The notes: generated by a model from the sequence alone, not told the origin. DNA of 36,079 nucleotides from Candidatus Binatia bacterium (GCA_963666315.2 CAXXHG010000013.1:1-36079), one strand, 5' to 3'; shown: positions 26,863-36,079, numbered from the stretch's first letter. Numbers and translations: made by a program.

Positions 26863-27264
26863 ATGGAAAAAGAATTTCTGAATCCAGCCGGCATGCCGTC
26901 TCTGGCGGGGTTCTCTCAAGTTGTGACTGCGACTGAGGGTAAGCTCGTTTTTATTTCCGGCCAGGTCGCTTTTAATGAAAAAAACGAACTGATTGGGAAT
27001 TGCGATCTGCGCGCCCAGGCGGTACAAACGTTTGAAAACCTGAAAACGGCCCTGGCGGCAGTCGGCGCGACTTTCGAGGACGTACTGAAAACCAATATCT
27101 ATATCGTGAATTATCAGACCGATATGCTGGGCATGATTCGCGAGGTGCGCAGTCAGTATTTGCCGCAAGACAAGGCCCCGGCAAGCACCCTGATCGGCGT
27201 TCAGGCCCTGGCGCTGGATGGGCTCCTGATCGAGATTGAAGCTATCGCCATGGTCAAAGCGTAG
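26863..27264 (+). CDS. RidA/YjgF/UK114 family protein
   Basis: FISGQVA, QTFENLK, conserved Arg (EVR), PASTLIGV, IEIEAIA. Confidence 0.88.
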   Translation: MEKEFLNPAGMPSLAGFSQVVTATEGKLVFISGQVAFNEKNELIGNCDLRAQAVQTFENLKTALAAVGATFEDVLKTNIYIVNYQTDMLGMIREVRSQYLPQDKAPASTLIGVQALALDGLLIEIEAIAMVKA

Positions 27265-27596
27265 CGCCGTTTGCTGTTGCGGTTGCGCAGAGATCTGGCC
27301 AAGAGAGACCGTCACCCGCGTCCACTACGTATCTGCCTCGCTCCTGACACCCTGTACGCTTGACCTCAGGGGGTTCTATCCGCCGTAATCGGTAGACGCT
27401 TGCGTGACCCCAGCGCATATTTTGCAACTTCGCTCTCTCGAATATTTCTCTTTCGAGTCGCTTGACAGGCTGTGGGAAATCGGCGAGAAACATAACGACA
27501 GAAAGGCAATGATAGGGGTGGATAATAGATTCCCCTGGACTTACGTCCTGGGTTTTCTCCGGCAAGGTGCCAAGAGCACAGGGAGGGATAGTTGAC

Positions 27597-27845
27597 ATGC
27601 TCAAGATCTTAAAACTTACAGCGTTGGCTGTGACGCTTACATTAGCTTCTATGAGTTGTGAGGCAGAGCCAGTTTCCGATGAGGGTGTGGCAACGGAAGC
27701 CGAGCCTGCAGCAACGGCGACCGAGCCTGGAGAAACGGATGAGGGGCGGGCAGCGGACGCTGAGCCTGTAGATACTGATGAGAGTGCAGCAACGGATACC
27801 GAGCCTGCAAGTGCCGATGAAGGGGTGGCAGCGGACACTGAGTAG
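27597..27845 (+). CDS. Small exported (possibly lipid-anchored) acidic repeat protein
   Basis: RBS GGGAGG, signal peptide ending ASMSC, four ~13-aa repeats of the form DEGxAxDxEP. Confidence 0.7.
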   Translation: MLKILKLTALAVTLTLASMSCEAEPVSDEGVATEAEPAATATEPGETDEGRAADAEPVDTDESAATDTEPASADEGVAADTE

Positions 27846-27957
27846 CAGCTTAAGAATTTTTAGCACTAAAGATTTTTCTTCAGAGGAGAATGCGCCCTTT
27901 ATAACCGGCGGTACGGACCAGCGGATGCATTTCAACAGAAAGTTACGGTTTCGAGAG

Positions 27958-27992
27958 AGCGAAGCGCACGCTGATCTAGCGTGCGCTTCGCT
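27958..27992. terminator. 15-bp perfect stem-loop
   Basis: AGCGAAGCGCACGCT-GATCT-AGCGTGCGCTTCGCT; the T-tract is weak. Confidence 0.5.
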
Positions 27993-28078
27993 TAGTCACG
28001 GGAAAAATAAAACGATCCGTTCTGTCACCATCAGCCTGCGCGGAGTCTGATCATTTACTCTTCCGTCTAGAGTGGGGG

Positions 28079-28231
28079 CTACTCTAAAAGTCTGCGGTGC
28101 TTCGTGTCCACAACGGTGTTGGTGGCCGAGTCGATCACCGACACTGTGTCGTCAGGAACATTCGTAATACACGCAAAGGGGTGGGCCGTGCCCGCTAACA
28201 GCCCCAGCCACACCCAGCTGACTCTCAGCAA
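28079..28231 (-). pseudogene. YVTN-type beta-propeller repeat protein remnant
   Basis: Hydrophobic stretch then PFACITNVPDDTVSVIDSATNTVVDT: one YVTN repeat bounded by stops. Confidence 0.65.
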
Positions 28232-28319
28232 CTAGCCCCAGGCAGTCCGCCCTCCCCCCGTCGACGTCCCCAGCCTACTGTACCCATGTGTACCCTACGG
28301 TAGGCTGGATCTATACAAT

Positions 28320-28652
28320 TTGTGGCAGCGCAGCAAGTGGGCGTGTGCTCGCTCTTGGACTTGGTTGCAGGATCTTGTTGTGCGGAGTATTGGGGAAGAA
28401 ACGCTTATTGTTCCCATCGGGAATCGAGTCGGTCATCCTGATGCGATTTATTCGCTCGATACGGTCAGTGCCATGATTTTGAATTTGATCGATGGACAGA
28501 CGCCGCTGGGTCAGGTGCTGAACGCGGTTTGCGACGCTTATGATGTTGGTCCGGAACCAGCGGCCAATGATATTGCCGAATTCCTGTCTTCGCTAGAAAG
28601 CGCAGGCCTTATTCAGCGTCCCGCGCTTCATCACACCACGACGGAGTTATAG
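28320..28652 (+). CDS. Stand-alone PqqD/RiPP recognition element protein (start uncertain)
   Basis: VVRSIGEETLIVPI, YSLDTVSAMILNLIDG, YDV, DIAEFLSSLESAGLI. Confidence 0.75.
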   Translation: MWQRSKWACARSWTWLQDLVVRSIGEETLIVPIGNRVGHPDAIYSLDTVSAMILNLIDGQTPLGQVLNAVCDAYDVGPEPAANDIAEFLSSLESAGLIQRPALHHTTTEL

Positions 28653-29157
28653 TCGAGTTATAGCGGAGTTGTAATGAAAGAACGGAATAGACAATCCGTT
28701 AGATATACGGCACGCCGTGTCGAGCGCCATTCTGGAACATCAACACAAGCTCCCTTTATTCATCGACACTGAAAATAATTAAACGCCGTTGCAGGCTGCC
28801 GAACCTAGCCACAACGGTTATCCCGTGCTTCCAGGCCGTGTTTCTCATACATGTGGCAAAACTGATTCTAGAAATACATTCGCCCCGCCTTTGAACCAGT
28901 GTGCTTACCGTCGAAGGCGCCCGGCAGATCTGGCCAAGGCGCCGATGCCCATTATCTCTTAAGCGATCCCTTTGCAGATATCGTCTCCAGGCTACGGACG
29001 TCTGATGCCGCACATTCTTCCTCGCACGAGGCATAGGAAAAAGGAGAATGCAGGACTCACAGCGTTCTTAAGAACACGAAGCTCTTTCCGATTGATCCCT
29101 AGAAGAGCATCAGCAGAGTATGCCTGCTGAGCGAATAGCCAAAGGACATAAAAAGAT

Positions 29158-29832
29158 ATGAGTGTAATACCCAGTCCCGAACCGACGCTGGATCCAACTG
29201 TAGAAGACGAACTCAAAGAACGCGTGGCCAAACTCGAACAACAGTGTAAAGCGGCAGCGGATCCGAACGCGCTGTGCATGTGTGTTTTTAGTGGAGAGTT
29301 GGACAAGCTACTTGCGGCGTTCATGATCGCCACGAGCGCTGCGGCTTCGGGCATGAAAGTCTCCACGTTCTTTACCTTTTGGGGCACGGCGGCGCTTAAA
29401 AAGGCCGGGCCGCAAAGTCCAGGGAAACGTTTTATGGAGAAAGTCTTCGGCTGGATGCCGCCCGGCGGACTGCACAAACGCAGGCTGTCGAAAATGGATA
29501 TGGGCGGCTTAGGCCGGCAAATGATCACCCACGTGATGAAGCAGCAACAGGCGGCCGACTTGCCCACCTTTATCGCCATGGCCCGGGAAACCGACGTACA
29601 AATCTGTTTATGTTCCATGTCCATGTCACTCATGGGTATTCGCCAAGAAGAACTCATCGACTGTCCGTATGCTGGAATCTGTGGAGCCACCCATTTTGTG
29701 GGCCTAGCCACAGTGGATGACCCGGCTTTCCCACTTGATGTCCAAGCGTGGTGCAAGAAGACGGGCCACGATCTGCTCCAGCTGGACAGCACGAACGGGA
29801 GATGGACGGCGACGATTCGGAAGAGCGCTTAG
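29158..29832 (+). CDS. DsrE2/DsrE-like sulfur-relay protein fused to the C-terminal half of TusA
   Basis: FSGELDK, FFTFWG, LSKMDMGG, LCSMSMSLMGI (DsrE2-like), then DDPAFPLDVQAWCKKTGH (TusA C-terminal half; no CPxP motif). Confidence 0.8.
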   Translation: MSVIPSPEPTLDPTVEDELKERVAKLEQQCKAAADPNALCMCVFSGELDKLLAAFMIATSAAASGMKVSTFFTFWGTAALKKAGPQSPGKRFMEKVFGWMPPGGLHKRRLSKMDMGGLGRQMITHVMKQQQAADLPTFIAMARETDVQICLCSMSMSLMGIRQEELIDCPYAGICGATHFVGLATVDDPAFPLDVQAWCKKTGHDLLQLDSTNGRWTATIRKSA

Positions 29833-29854
29833 CAGTTCACTATCGTTAACTATC

Positions 29855-30889
29855 ATGGATCTCATATTTCCCGCATTCGATCAGCTTCAAGACCTGGTCG
29901 GTAATAAAGACGGCCTCCAAGCGGAGAAGCTGCAGGGGACGCTGCACGCATTGCGCAGGGAAATTGACGAAGCCCGGCGACAAGTCCAAGAAACGGCTGG
30001 CGCTCAAGCTGACGCGATTGTAAACTCCGCGTTGATCTCAGCCGAGTTACAAGAAGCACACGACGCGCTCGCATTAGCCAAGGAAGCCGCGGAACAGGCC
30101 AACCACGCCAAAAGTGTCTTTCTGGCCAATATGTCGCATGAACTCCGCACGCCGCTGCACGGCATTCTGAGTTTTGCGCAGATCGGGCTGCGCAAAACTA
30201 CAACCGCGCCCGCAGAGAAAATACAATCCTATTTCCAGCAGATAGAGCAAAGCGGCAATAGTTTGCTCGCTCTGCTCAATGACCTCTTAGACTTGGCCAA
30301 ACTTAAAGCGGGCAAGATGTATTTTGAGTTCCAGCCGACGGATCTCATTCTGGTCGTGGGCCAGGTGGTTGAGGAGTTTCAGTCTTTCGTAGCAGAGCAC
30401 GGTATTGCCTTGGAGAGCTACTTCCCGGACGAGGCCGTTACCCTGAACCTGGATGCCACGCGCATTCAGCAAGTCATCCGCAATCTACTCAATAACGCCA
30501 TGAAGTTTACGCCTGAGCAGAGTGTTGTCACGCTTACGATAACGCCGAATTCTTCGAGGGTCGTAATCGCGGTACGCGACCAGGGCCCCCGAATTCCAGC
30601 CCAGGAACTTGAAGCTGTGTTTGAGAAGTTTATTCAGTCCAGCATCACCCAGTCCTGGGCTGGTGGAACGGGGTTAGGTCTCCGGGCGGGGGCCGCCATC
30701 TGCCCCGAGATCATAACAGCGCACCAAGGCCGTATCTGGGCCGAAAACCATGCTGGTGGGGAAGCTGTGTGTTGGTTGAACTCGCGCATTCGACTGCAGG
30801 TTCCCTCCCTGCAGCTGAAGAACAACAACTCAGTCCAACAATCGCTCTATAAAAAGGGAGTAGCATGTCACAAAAACACCGCATTCTAG
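29855..30889 (+). CDS. Cytoplasmic sensor histidine kinase, possibly degenerating
   Basis: H-box FLANMSHELRTPL, N-box NLLNNAMKF, G1 altered to DQGPRI, G2 GGTGLGL followed by an RAGA insertion, aberrant C-terminus; no transmembrane segment. Confidence 0.8.
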   Translation: MDLIFPAFDQLQDLVGNKDGLQAEKLQGTLHALRREIDEARRQVQETAGAQADAIVNSALISAELQEAHDALALAKEAAEQANHAKSVFLANMSHELRTPLHGILSFAQIGLRKTTTAPAEKIQSYFQQIEQSGNSLLALLNDLLDLAKLKAGKMYFEFQPTDLILVVGQVVEEFQSFVAEHGIALESYFPDEAVTLNLDATRIQQVIRNLLNNAMKFTPEQSVVTLTITPNSSRVVIAVRDQGPRIPAQELEAVFEKFIQSSITQSWAGGTGLGLRAGAAICPEIITAHQGRIWAENHAGGEAVCWLNSRIRLQVPSLQLKNNNSVQQSLYKKGVACHKNTAF

Positions 30890-31968
30890 CCGTGGATGAT
30901 AATCCTACCAACCTTGTGATTCTGGAGGAACTCCTTGAGGATGACTATGACATCCTCAACGCCACCACAGGGAAAGAAGCGTTGCTGTGTGCTCCAGCGT
31001 TCAGACCCGACCTCATTCTTCTCGATGTTATGATGCCCGGGATGGATGGCTAAGAGACGTGCCGCAGGCTGCGCGCTGAGCCGGATCTCCGGCATACAAA
31101 AATCGTAATGGTGTAGGCCGAAGCCATGGCTACGGAACGGCTCGAGGGGTACGAGGCAGGAGCAGACGATTATAGTACCAGGCCTTTTAACGCAGCTGAA
31201 ATGCTTGCCAAGGTACAGGTCTATGTCCGTGTCAAAACAGTCGAAGAGGTCGACGCGCTGAAAACGAGGGTTCTCTCTCTTCTCAGCCACGACACGAATA
31301 TGCCCCTGCATGGGCTCATCCTCTCAGCCGGGATGCTCAAGGAAGAAGACGTAAGCCGTGAAGAGCGATTCGATTGTGCCGACGCAATTCTCATCAGTGC
31401 GATGCGGCTGTAGTCACTCTTTGAGAAGGTTTCAAAATTAAGCGCCCTCAAATCCCATACCGTCCAGATGGATATCCGTGCGGGAGATATCAGCGTCGTC
31501 GCAGGGGCTGCTGTGTGTGAGATGGCAGCCTTGACAGAAGAGCGAAATATTCGCATTGAAGAACAGCTGACTGAGACAGCAGTCGCGCCGTTTGATGCTG
31601 CTGAGATAAAAGAGGTCATCAAGACAATTCTTCATAACGCCCTGCGTTTTAGCCCGGATAACGGCGGTGTACAGCTACAGACGACACGGGCAGGCGAAAA
31701 GATTTCGCTCAGCGTGACGGATCAGGGACCGGGTATTGCTGCAGACATCATATCCGACATTTTTGATGAGTTTCACAGCCCGGATATCGGTCATCACTCT
31801 GGTGGACATTGTCTGAGCCTCGCCAGTGCACGGCACATCCTGCACGCTCACAAGGGAACCATTAGCGTCTCCAGCACGCCAGGCAGCAACACGACCTTTA
31901 CCGTCCAACTCCCGGTCGCAGCATCCGCTGCAGGCGCCACACTGGACTCGAATAAGCAGGCAGCCTAA
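30865..31968 (+). pseudogene. Hybrid response regulator/histidine kinase with three in-frame stops
   Basis: One frame throughout: receiver ILAVDD...LLDVMMPGMDG, TAA 31051, TAG 31114, GADDY, SHD H-box, TAG 31411, NALRFS, DQGPGI. Confidence 0.9.
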
Positions 31969-32315
31969 AGAGGACATTGGTGTGTCACGTATGACACAGC
32001 TTCCTTTCTCGTATTAAAAACCCATACCCTCGTTCGGGCTTTCCCTCCTAGCCTTTCTTCCGCATACACGTCTATCAGCTTGAAGGATTCATGAGTCTGA
32101 CCGCCTGGGCATTTGTTAGCGGTCTTTGCCTTCTTCTCCGTTCCGCGCCCGAGGCCCATCCCGTAGGTAGATCCCTTAGGCCGGATGAGCGGAGTCTAGC
32201 TCGGCCTCAAACCATATTGCTATGTTGCGGTCCGGCCTGGGGTGTGATTGGTGAGTGCTGGACGCTCGATGCTGCGGAATCCGAGGACACGAGATGCACG
32301 ACACTGGGGAGAAGT

Positions 32316-34091
32316 ATGCAACGAAAATTCGATCCCATCCTGGTCGAAGTTGTGAAAAACGAACTCGCCTCTATCACTGAGGAAATGGCCATGGCCGTAT
32401 GGAAGACGGGCCGCTCGGTTATGGTCAAAACGGGAGATTTTGCGACGGCGATCTGTGACGGTCAAGGCCGAGTGATAGGCCAAGGGTATGCCGCTCCGTT
32501 TCAGCTGGCATTCTTCATTGCCGTCATGGCTTATGTGCTCAAAAGATATGACGGAACGTTTAAGCCTGGGGATGTCATCGTTGTCAACGACCCATACACC
32601 GGGATTACCCATATGCCGGATGTGATGATTATTGCGCCGACCTTTTGGCGCGACCCTCAAGCTCCAAAGGAGCAACCGGATACATTAGTTGCCTTTACCC
32701 TGGCCTACTCGCATCATACGGATATCGGCGGACGCTTCCCCGGCGGCTTCAGCAGCCAGTGCACCGAAACTTTTGAAGAAGGGCTACGGTTACCGCTGAT
32801 CAAACTCTACGGCGGCGGCGAACGCAACGAAGCCCTCCTGGAGACTATTCTGGCCAATGTGCGGGTGCCGGAAGAATGGCTCGGCGACATGGATGCAAAA
32901 ATTGCAGGCTGTTGGCGTGGCGAGCAAGAGATCAAAGAGCTACTCGAGAAATATGGGCTGGAAACCTTGAATTCCTGCTGTGACTACTTAATCGATTATG
33001 CAGAAAATGCCACCAGAGCTGCGATTCGTGCCATCCCGGCAGGTGAATATGTGTATGAAGATGTCTTTGAGGATGACGGCTTCGGTTCGGATGGCGTGTC
33101 GCTGCCTTTGAAGGTGGTTCTCCGGGCTAAGGGGGACACGCTCAACGTGGATTTTAGCGGCACTGGCCCGCAGGCCAGAGGTGCCATCAACCTCCCGCTC
33201 AGCATGACGGAAGCCACCGTCTATGTAGCGGTTAAGAGCATTGTCAGTCCTGAGGCGCTAACCAATGTTGGTTTTATCCGACCTATCACGGTGATTGCGC
33301 CACTGGGAACCTTGGTGAATCCGCGCTTTCCGGCTGCAGTCGGCGGACGTGCACCGCTATTCTTTCGCGTCTTTGACATGCTCTTCCGAGCGCTGGCCCA
33401 AGCCTTACCGGATCGCATTCCTATTCCTGGCGAAGGCGGCGATGTCTTACATTTCACTGGTGTAAGGGCGGATGGAAGTCCGTTTGCGGTCATGGATATA
33501 TTTTTTGGTGGCTGGGGCGGTCGGCCTCGAAAAGACGGCATTGACGGCGTTGCGCCTATGGCCTTTGGTTCCTACGGCACGGTTCCGGCTGAACTGCTCG
33601 AAAGAGAGTTTCCGCTTGTGGTGGACGGCTTTGGGTATGTGCCGGATACCGGCGGGGCAGGCAAATATCGTGGATCGGTTTCCATCTATAAACAATGGCG
33701 TTTCCTCCAGCCGGGCAAAGTCATGGTACGCACGAATCGACTCGTACGGGCGTCCGACGGCATGGCGGGAGGAGCAGCCGGGGCATTATCCAAGAATATT
33801 TTGAATCCGGAAACCGATAATACCGAATTACCGCGCACGGCCCATATGCATCTTGAAGTCAAACCTGGAGACCGCATTTATCATGTCGTGTCCGGCTCAG
33901 GCGGGCATGGTGATCCGTTTGAGCGTGAGCCGGAGAAGGTCCTGGCCGATGTACGAGATGAAAAGCTTTCGGTGCTGAGGGCGCGCGAGCAGTACGGGGT
34001 GGTGATTGATGTTGAGACGGCCGAGATCAATATTGGGGAGACTGAGGCTTTGCGGGCCAAGCGAGGGCAGCCGGCTGCTGCGGCAGATTAA
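32316..34091 (+). CDS. hyuB: Hydantoinase B/oxoprolinase family subunit (set 2)
   Basis: From ATG 32316: DPILVEVV, GDF, PGDVIVVNDPY, HHTDIGG, EEGLRLP, GGAGKYRG, GGHGDP. Confidence 0.9.
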   Translation: MQRKFDPILVEVVKNELASITEEMAMAVWKTGRSVMVKTGDFATAICDGQGRVIGQGYAAPFQLAFFIAVMAYVLKRYDGTFKPGDVIVVNDPYTGITHMPDVMIIAPTFWRDPQAPKEQPDTLVAFTLAYSHHTDIGGRFPGGFSSQCTETFEEGLRLPLIKLYGGGERNEALLETILANVRVPEEWLGDMDAKIAGCWRGEQEIKELLEKYGLETLNSCCDYLIDYAENATRAAIRAIPAGEYVYEDVFEDDGFGSDGVSLPLKVVLRAKGDTLNVDFSGTGPQARGAINLPLSMTEATVYVAVKSIVSPEALTNVGFIRPITVIAPLGTLVNPRFPAAVGGRAPLFFRVFDMLFRALAQALPDRIPIPGEGGDVLHFTGVRADGSPFAVMDIFFGGWGGRPRKDGIDGVAPMAFGSYGTVPAELLEREFPLVVDGFGYVPDTGGAGKYRGSVSIYKQWRFLQPGKVMVRTNRLVRASDGMAGGAAGALSKNILNPETDNTELPRTAHMHLEVKPGDRIYHVVSGSGGHGDPFEREPEKVLADVRDEKLSVLRAREQYGVVIDVETAEINIGETEALRAKRGQPAAAAD

Positions 34092-34097
34092 AGGGAG

Positions 34098-34135
34098 GGT
34101 GGGTCCTGCAGCCGTCCTGCAGACCCACCATTTTT
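34098..34135 (+). terminator. Terminator-like hairpin between hyuB and hyuA (set 2)
   Basis: GGTGGGTCCTGCAG pairs with CTGCAGACCCACC (one bulge), followed by ATTTTT. Confidence 0.55.
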
Positions 34136-34199
34136 GGGGGGTTACGCTCTGCTAACCCGCCCTAGATTTCTGCGATTTCTAACCTGAATGGATGAATAT

Positions 34200-36079
34200 A
34201 TGCGCGTGGGCTTTGACATAGGCGGGACTTTTACTGATGTGATTGTGGTTGGCGACGACGGGCATCTGACGACTACAAAAGTATTGTCACTGCTCGGCAG
34301 AGTGGGCGCGGATATCGTCGGCTGTGTGCGCCGGGTTGATGCCCAGGCTCAGGTCGAAGGCTTTGTGCACGGGACCACTATCGCCTCGAATGCGGTGATC
34401 GAAGGCACGCTGGCACGGACCGGACTGATTATGACCAAGGGCTTTCGGGATGAACTGGAGATGCGCGGCCAGCGGCGGCCCAATATTTATGACGTAGACT
34501 GGGACCGGCTGCCGCCGCTTATTCCGCGCTCGCTGCGCTTGGAGGTCGAGGAACGTATACTGGGCGACGGCAGTGTGGAGCAAGCGCTTAACCTCACCGT
34601 CGCCGAAGTCGTTATCAGAAAACTCTTGGCTGCGGAGGTTGAGGCTATCGCCGTCTGTCTGCTGAACTCCTATTTGAACCCCAGCCACGAGCGACAGCTT
34701 GGTCGGCTCATCGCGGCATTAGCGCCGCAGAAGATAGTCTGTCTGTCGTGCGATATTCATCCCGAAATTCGCGAATACGAACGGACCAGCACTACGGTGA
34801 TTAACGCTTCATTAATCCCGGTTGTGGATCGATATCTCGATCAGCTGGAGCAGCATCTTTCAATCTTTAGTAAGCGGGTGCTGATCATGCAATCCAATGG
34901 CGGCATCATGAGTGCCCAAGCCGCACGCCGCCGACCGGCCTATATGATCGAATCCGGTCCTGCCGCCGGCGTGCTCGCCGCGGCCCGGCTGGCGACGGAA
35001 ACGCACCAAGACCAAGTGTTGTCGTTTGATATGGGCGGCACTACGGCCAAAGCCTGCCTGATTGAGAATGGACTGCCGCTCGAAAAACCAGGGGGTGAAA
35101 TCGGCGCCGGAGCAACCATGACCACCCGCCTGTTCGGCGGCGCGGGTCATGCCCTACGGGTGCCGTCTCTTGACATTGTCGAGGTCGGTGCCGGCGGCGG
35201 GAGCATCGCCTGGATAGACGAGGGCGGTGCACTGCGGGCGGGGCCCCGCAGTGCGAGTGCCGATCCGGGCCCGGTGTGTTATGGCCGCGGCGGACAAGAA
35301 CCCACAGTGACCGATGCGAATGTCGTCCTGGGTTATATGAATCCTGAGGCGATCGCGGGCTCCAGCCTGGCGATAGACCGCCAGGCCGCCTGGGACGTCA
35401 TCCAACAGAAAATTGCCCGGCCGCTCAATTTAGACGTATTGCCGGCCGCATATGGCATCACCCAGGTCGCCAATGCGACCATGATGCGCGCCCTGCGAGC
35501 CGTCTCGACCGAACGCGGCCGCGACCCGCGTGAGTTTACGCTTATGGCCTTTGGCGGGGCGGGGCCGATACATGCCGCCGAGTTAGCCGAGAGTTTGCGC
35601 ATGACCCAGGTCCAGATCCCGCTCTATCCGGGATTATTCAGTACGCTGGGGTTGTTGCTGGCCGATTATCGCCATGACTATCTGCGCAGCGTGGTGCTCG
35701 CTCTGGATCAGATTGATCCTCAGGTCATCTTGAAGGAGTACGAAGTTTTGGAATCCAATGCGCGCATAGAATTGACCCAGGAAGGCATTGCTGCCGACCG
35801 GGTACGATTTGAGCGACAGATTGATCTGAAATATGGCTATCAGGTCGCTGAAATGACGCTGCCGTTTCCCGAGGTCAGTCCGGACGAATTGCGGACAGAC
35901 CTGGCCGAATTATTTACCCAAGCCCATCGTCAGGCATTTGGCTACGACCGTGATGACAGAATTGAGCTGGTGAGCCTGCGGCTGCGTGCCCTGGCGTTAG
36001 CTGGACAACTGCGCTTCAGCGATCTGATCGGACAAGCGCCACAAGATCCAAACACGAGTGGAATAGCCACGACGCGGAA
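34200..36079 (+). CDS. hyuA: Hydantoinase A/oxoprolinase family subunit (set 2), 3' end outside window
   Basis: Translated by hand from ATG 34200: MRVGFDIGGTFTD, HGTTIASNA, ESGPAAG, DMGGTTAK, GAGGGSIA, FGGAGPIH. Absent from the ORF track because it has no stop inside the window. Confidence 0.9.
   Translation, partial: MRVGFDIGGTFTDVIVVGDDGHLTTTKVLSLLGRVGADIVGCVRRVDAQAQVEGFVHGTTIASNAVIEGTLARTGLIMTKGFRDELEMRGQRRPNIYDVDWDRLPPLIPRSLRLEVEERILGDGSVEQALNLTVAEVVIRKLLAAEVEAIAVCLLNSYLNPSHERQLGRLIAALAPQKIVCLSCDIHPEIREYERTSTTVINASLIPVVDRYLDQLEQHLSIFSKRVLIMQSNGGIMSAQAARRRPAYMIESGPAAGVLAAARLATETHQDQVLSFDMGGTTAKACLIENGLPLEKPGGEIGAGATMTTRLFGGAGHALRVPSLDIVEVGAGGGSIAWIDEGGALRAGPRSASADPGPVCYGRGGQEPTVTDANVVLGYMNPEAIAGSSLAIDRQAAWDVIQQKIARPLNLDVLPAAYGITQVANATMMRALRAVSTERGRDPREFTLMAFGGAGPIHAAELAESLRMTQVQIPLYPGLFSTLGLLLADYRHDYLRSVVLALDQIDPQVILKEYEVLESNARIELTQEGIAADRVRFERQIDLKYGYQVAEMTLPFPEVSPDELRTDLAELFTQAHRQAFGYDRDDRIELVSLRLRALALAGQLRFSDLIGQAPQDPNTSGIATTR

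Noticed and set aside
26140-27315. Long antisense ORFs (for example 26140..27315, 16365..17219, 9884..10639, 28992..29792, 27254..27838)
   Set aside because: Shadow frames opposite well-supported genes, with no recognisable motifs.
27462-27590. Known riboswitch in the leader of the acidic protein
   Set aside because: Only short hairpins; I could not match any riboswitch consensus by eye. An Rfam scan would settle it.
1546-31413. Amber (TAG) recoding or pyrrolysine, suggested by in-frame TAGs at 1546, 10904, 31114 and 31411
   Set aside because: The positions call for different residues (Gln/Glu, Glu, Ser, Gln). TAA and TGA lesions and frameshifts occur in the same class of genes, and intact genes (mtoX, mauG, deacetylase, tetR, CoA-transferase 1) end at TAG.
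32091-32315. 75-aa N-terminal extension of hyuB set 2
   Set aside because: No family similarity; homology starts at MQRKFDPIL and a GGGGAG RBS precedes ATG 32316.

Overview
Bacterial chromosomal window, moderately GC-rich, made mostly of intact catabolic and housekeeping genes interrupted by short patches of decaying accessory DNA. Intact content: a methanethiol oxidase-type cluster (mtoX-SCO/SenC-MauG-like, minus strand), mutM, a secreted CE4 deacetylase, two paralogous D-aminoacylase-family amidohydrolases, two hydantoinase/oxoprolinase A+B pairs (one co-oriented with an M20 carbamoylase and a hydantoin racemase), a TetR regulator with a candidate operator, a BbsEF-like pair of family III CoA-transferases, VOC, methyltransferase and RidA genes. 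Decaying content: a cupin, an HTH-citrate synthase fusion, yefM-yoeB, phd-vapC, a methyltransferase, an SDR, a YVTN fragment, an orphan PqqD/RRE and a DsrE-TusA/histidine kinase/hybrid regulator locus. Several of these genes are missed or split by the ORF track because of single frameshifts or in-frame stops. Non-coding structure: six GTAG-type REP-like palindromes, attC-like remnants with no integrase, a 17-bp tandem repeat at the mtoX ribosome-binding site and G-rich heptamer repeats. I recognised no rRNA, tRNA or CRISPR array. All family assignments come from motif recognition by eye, not database searches.
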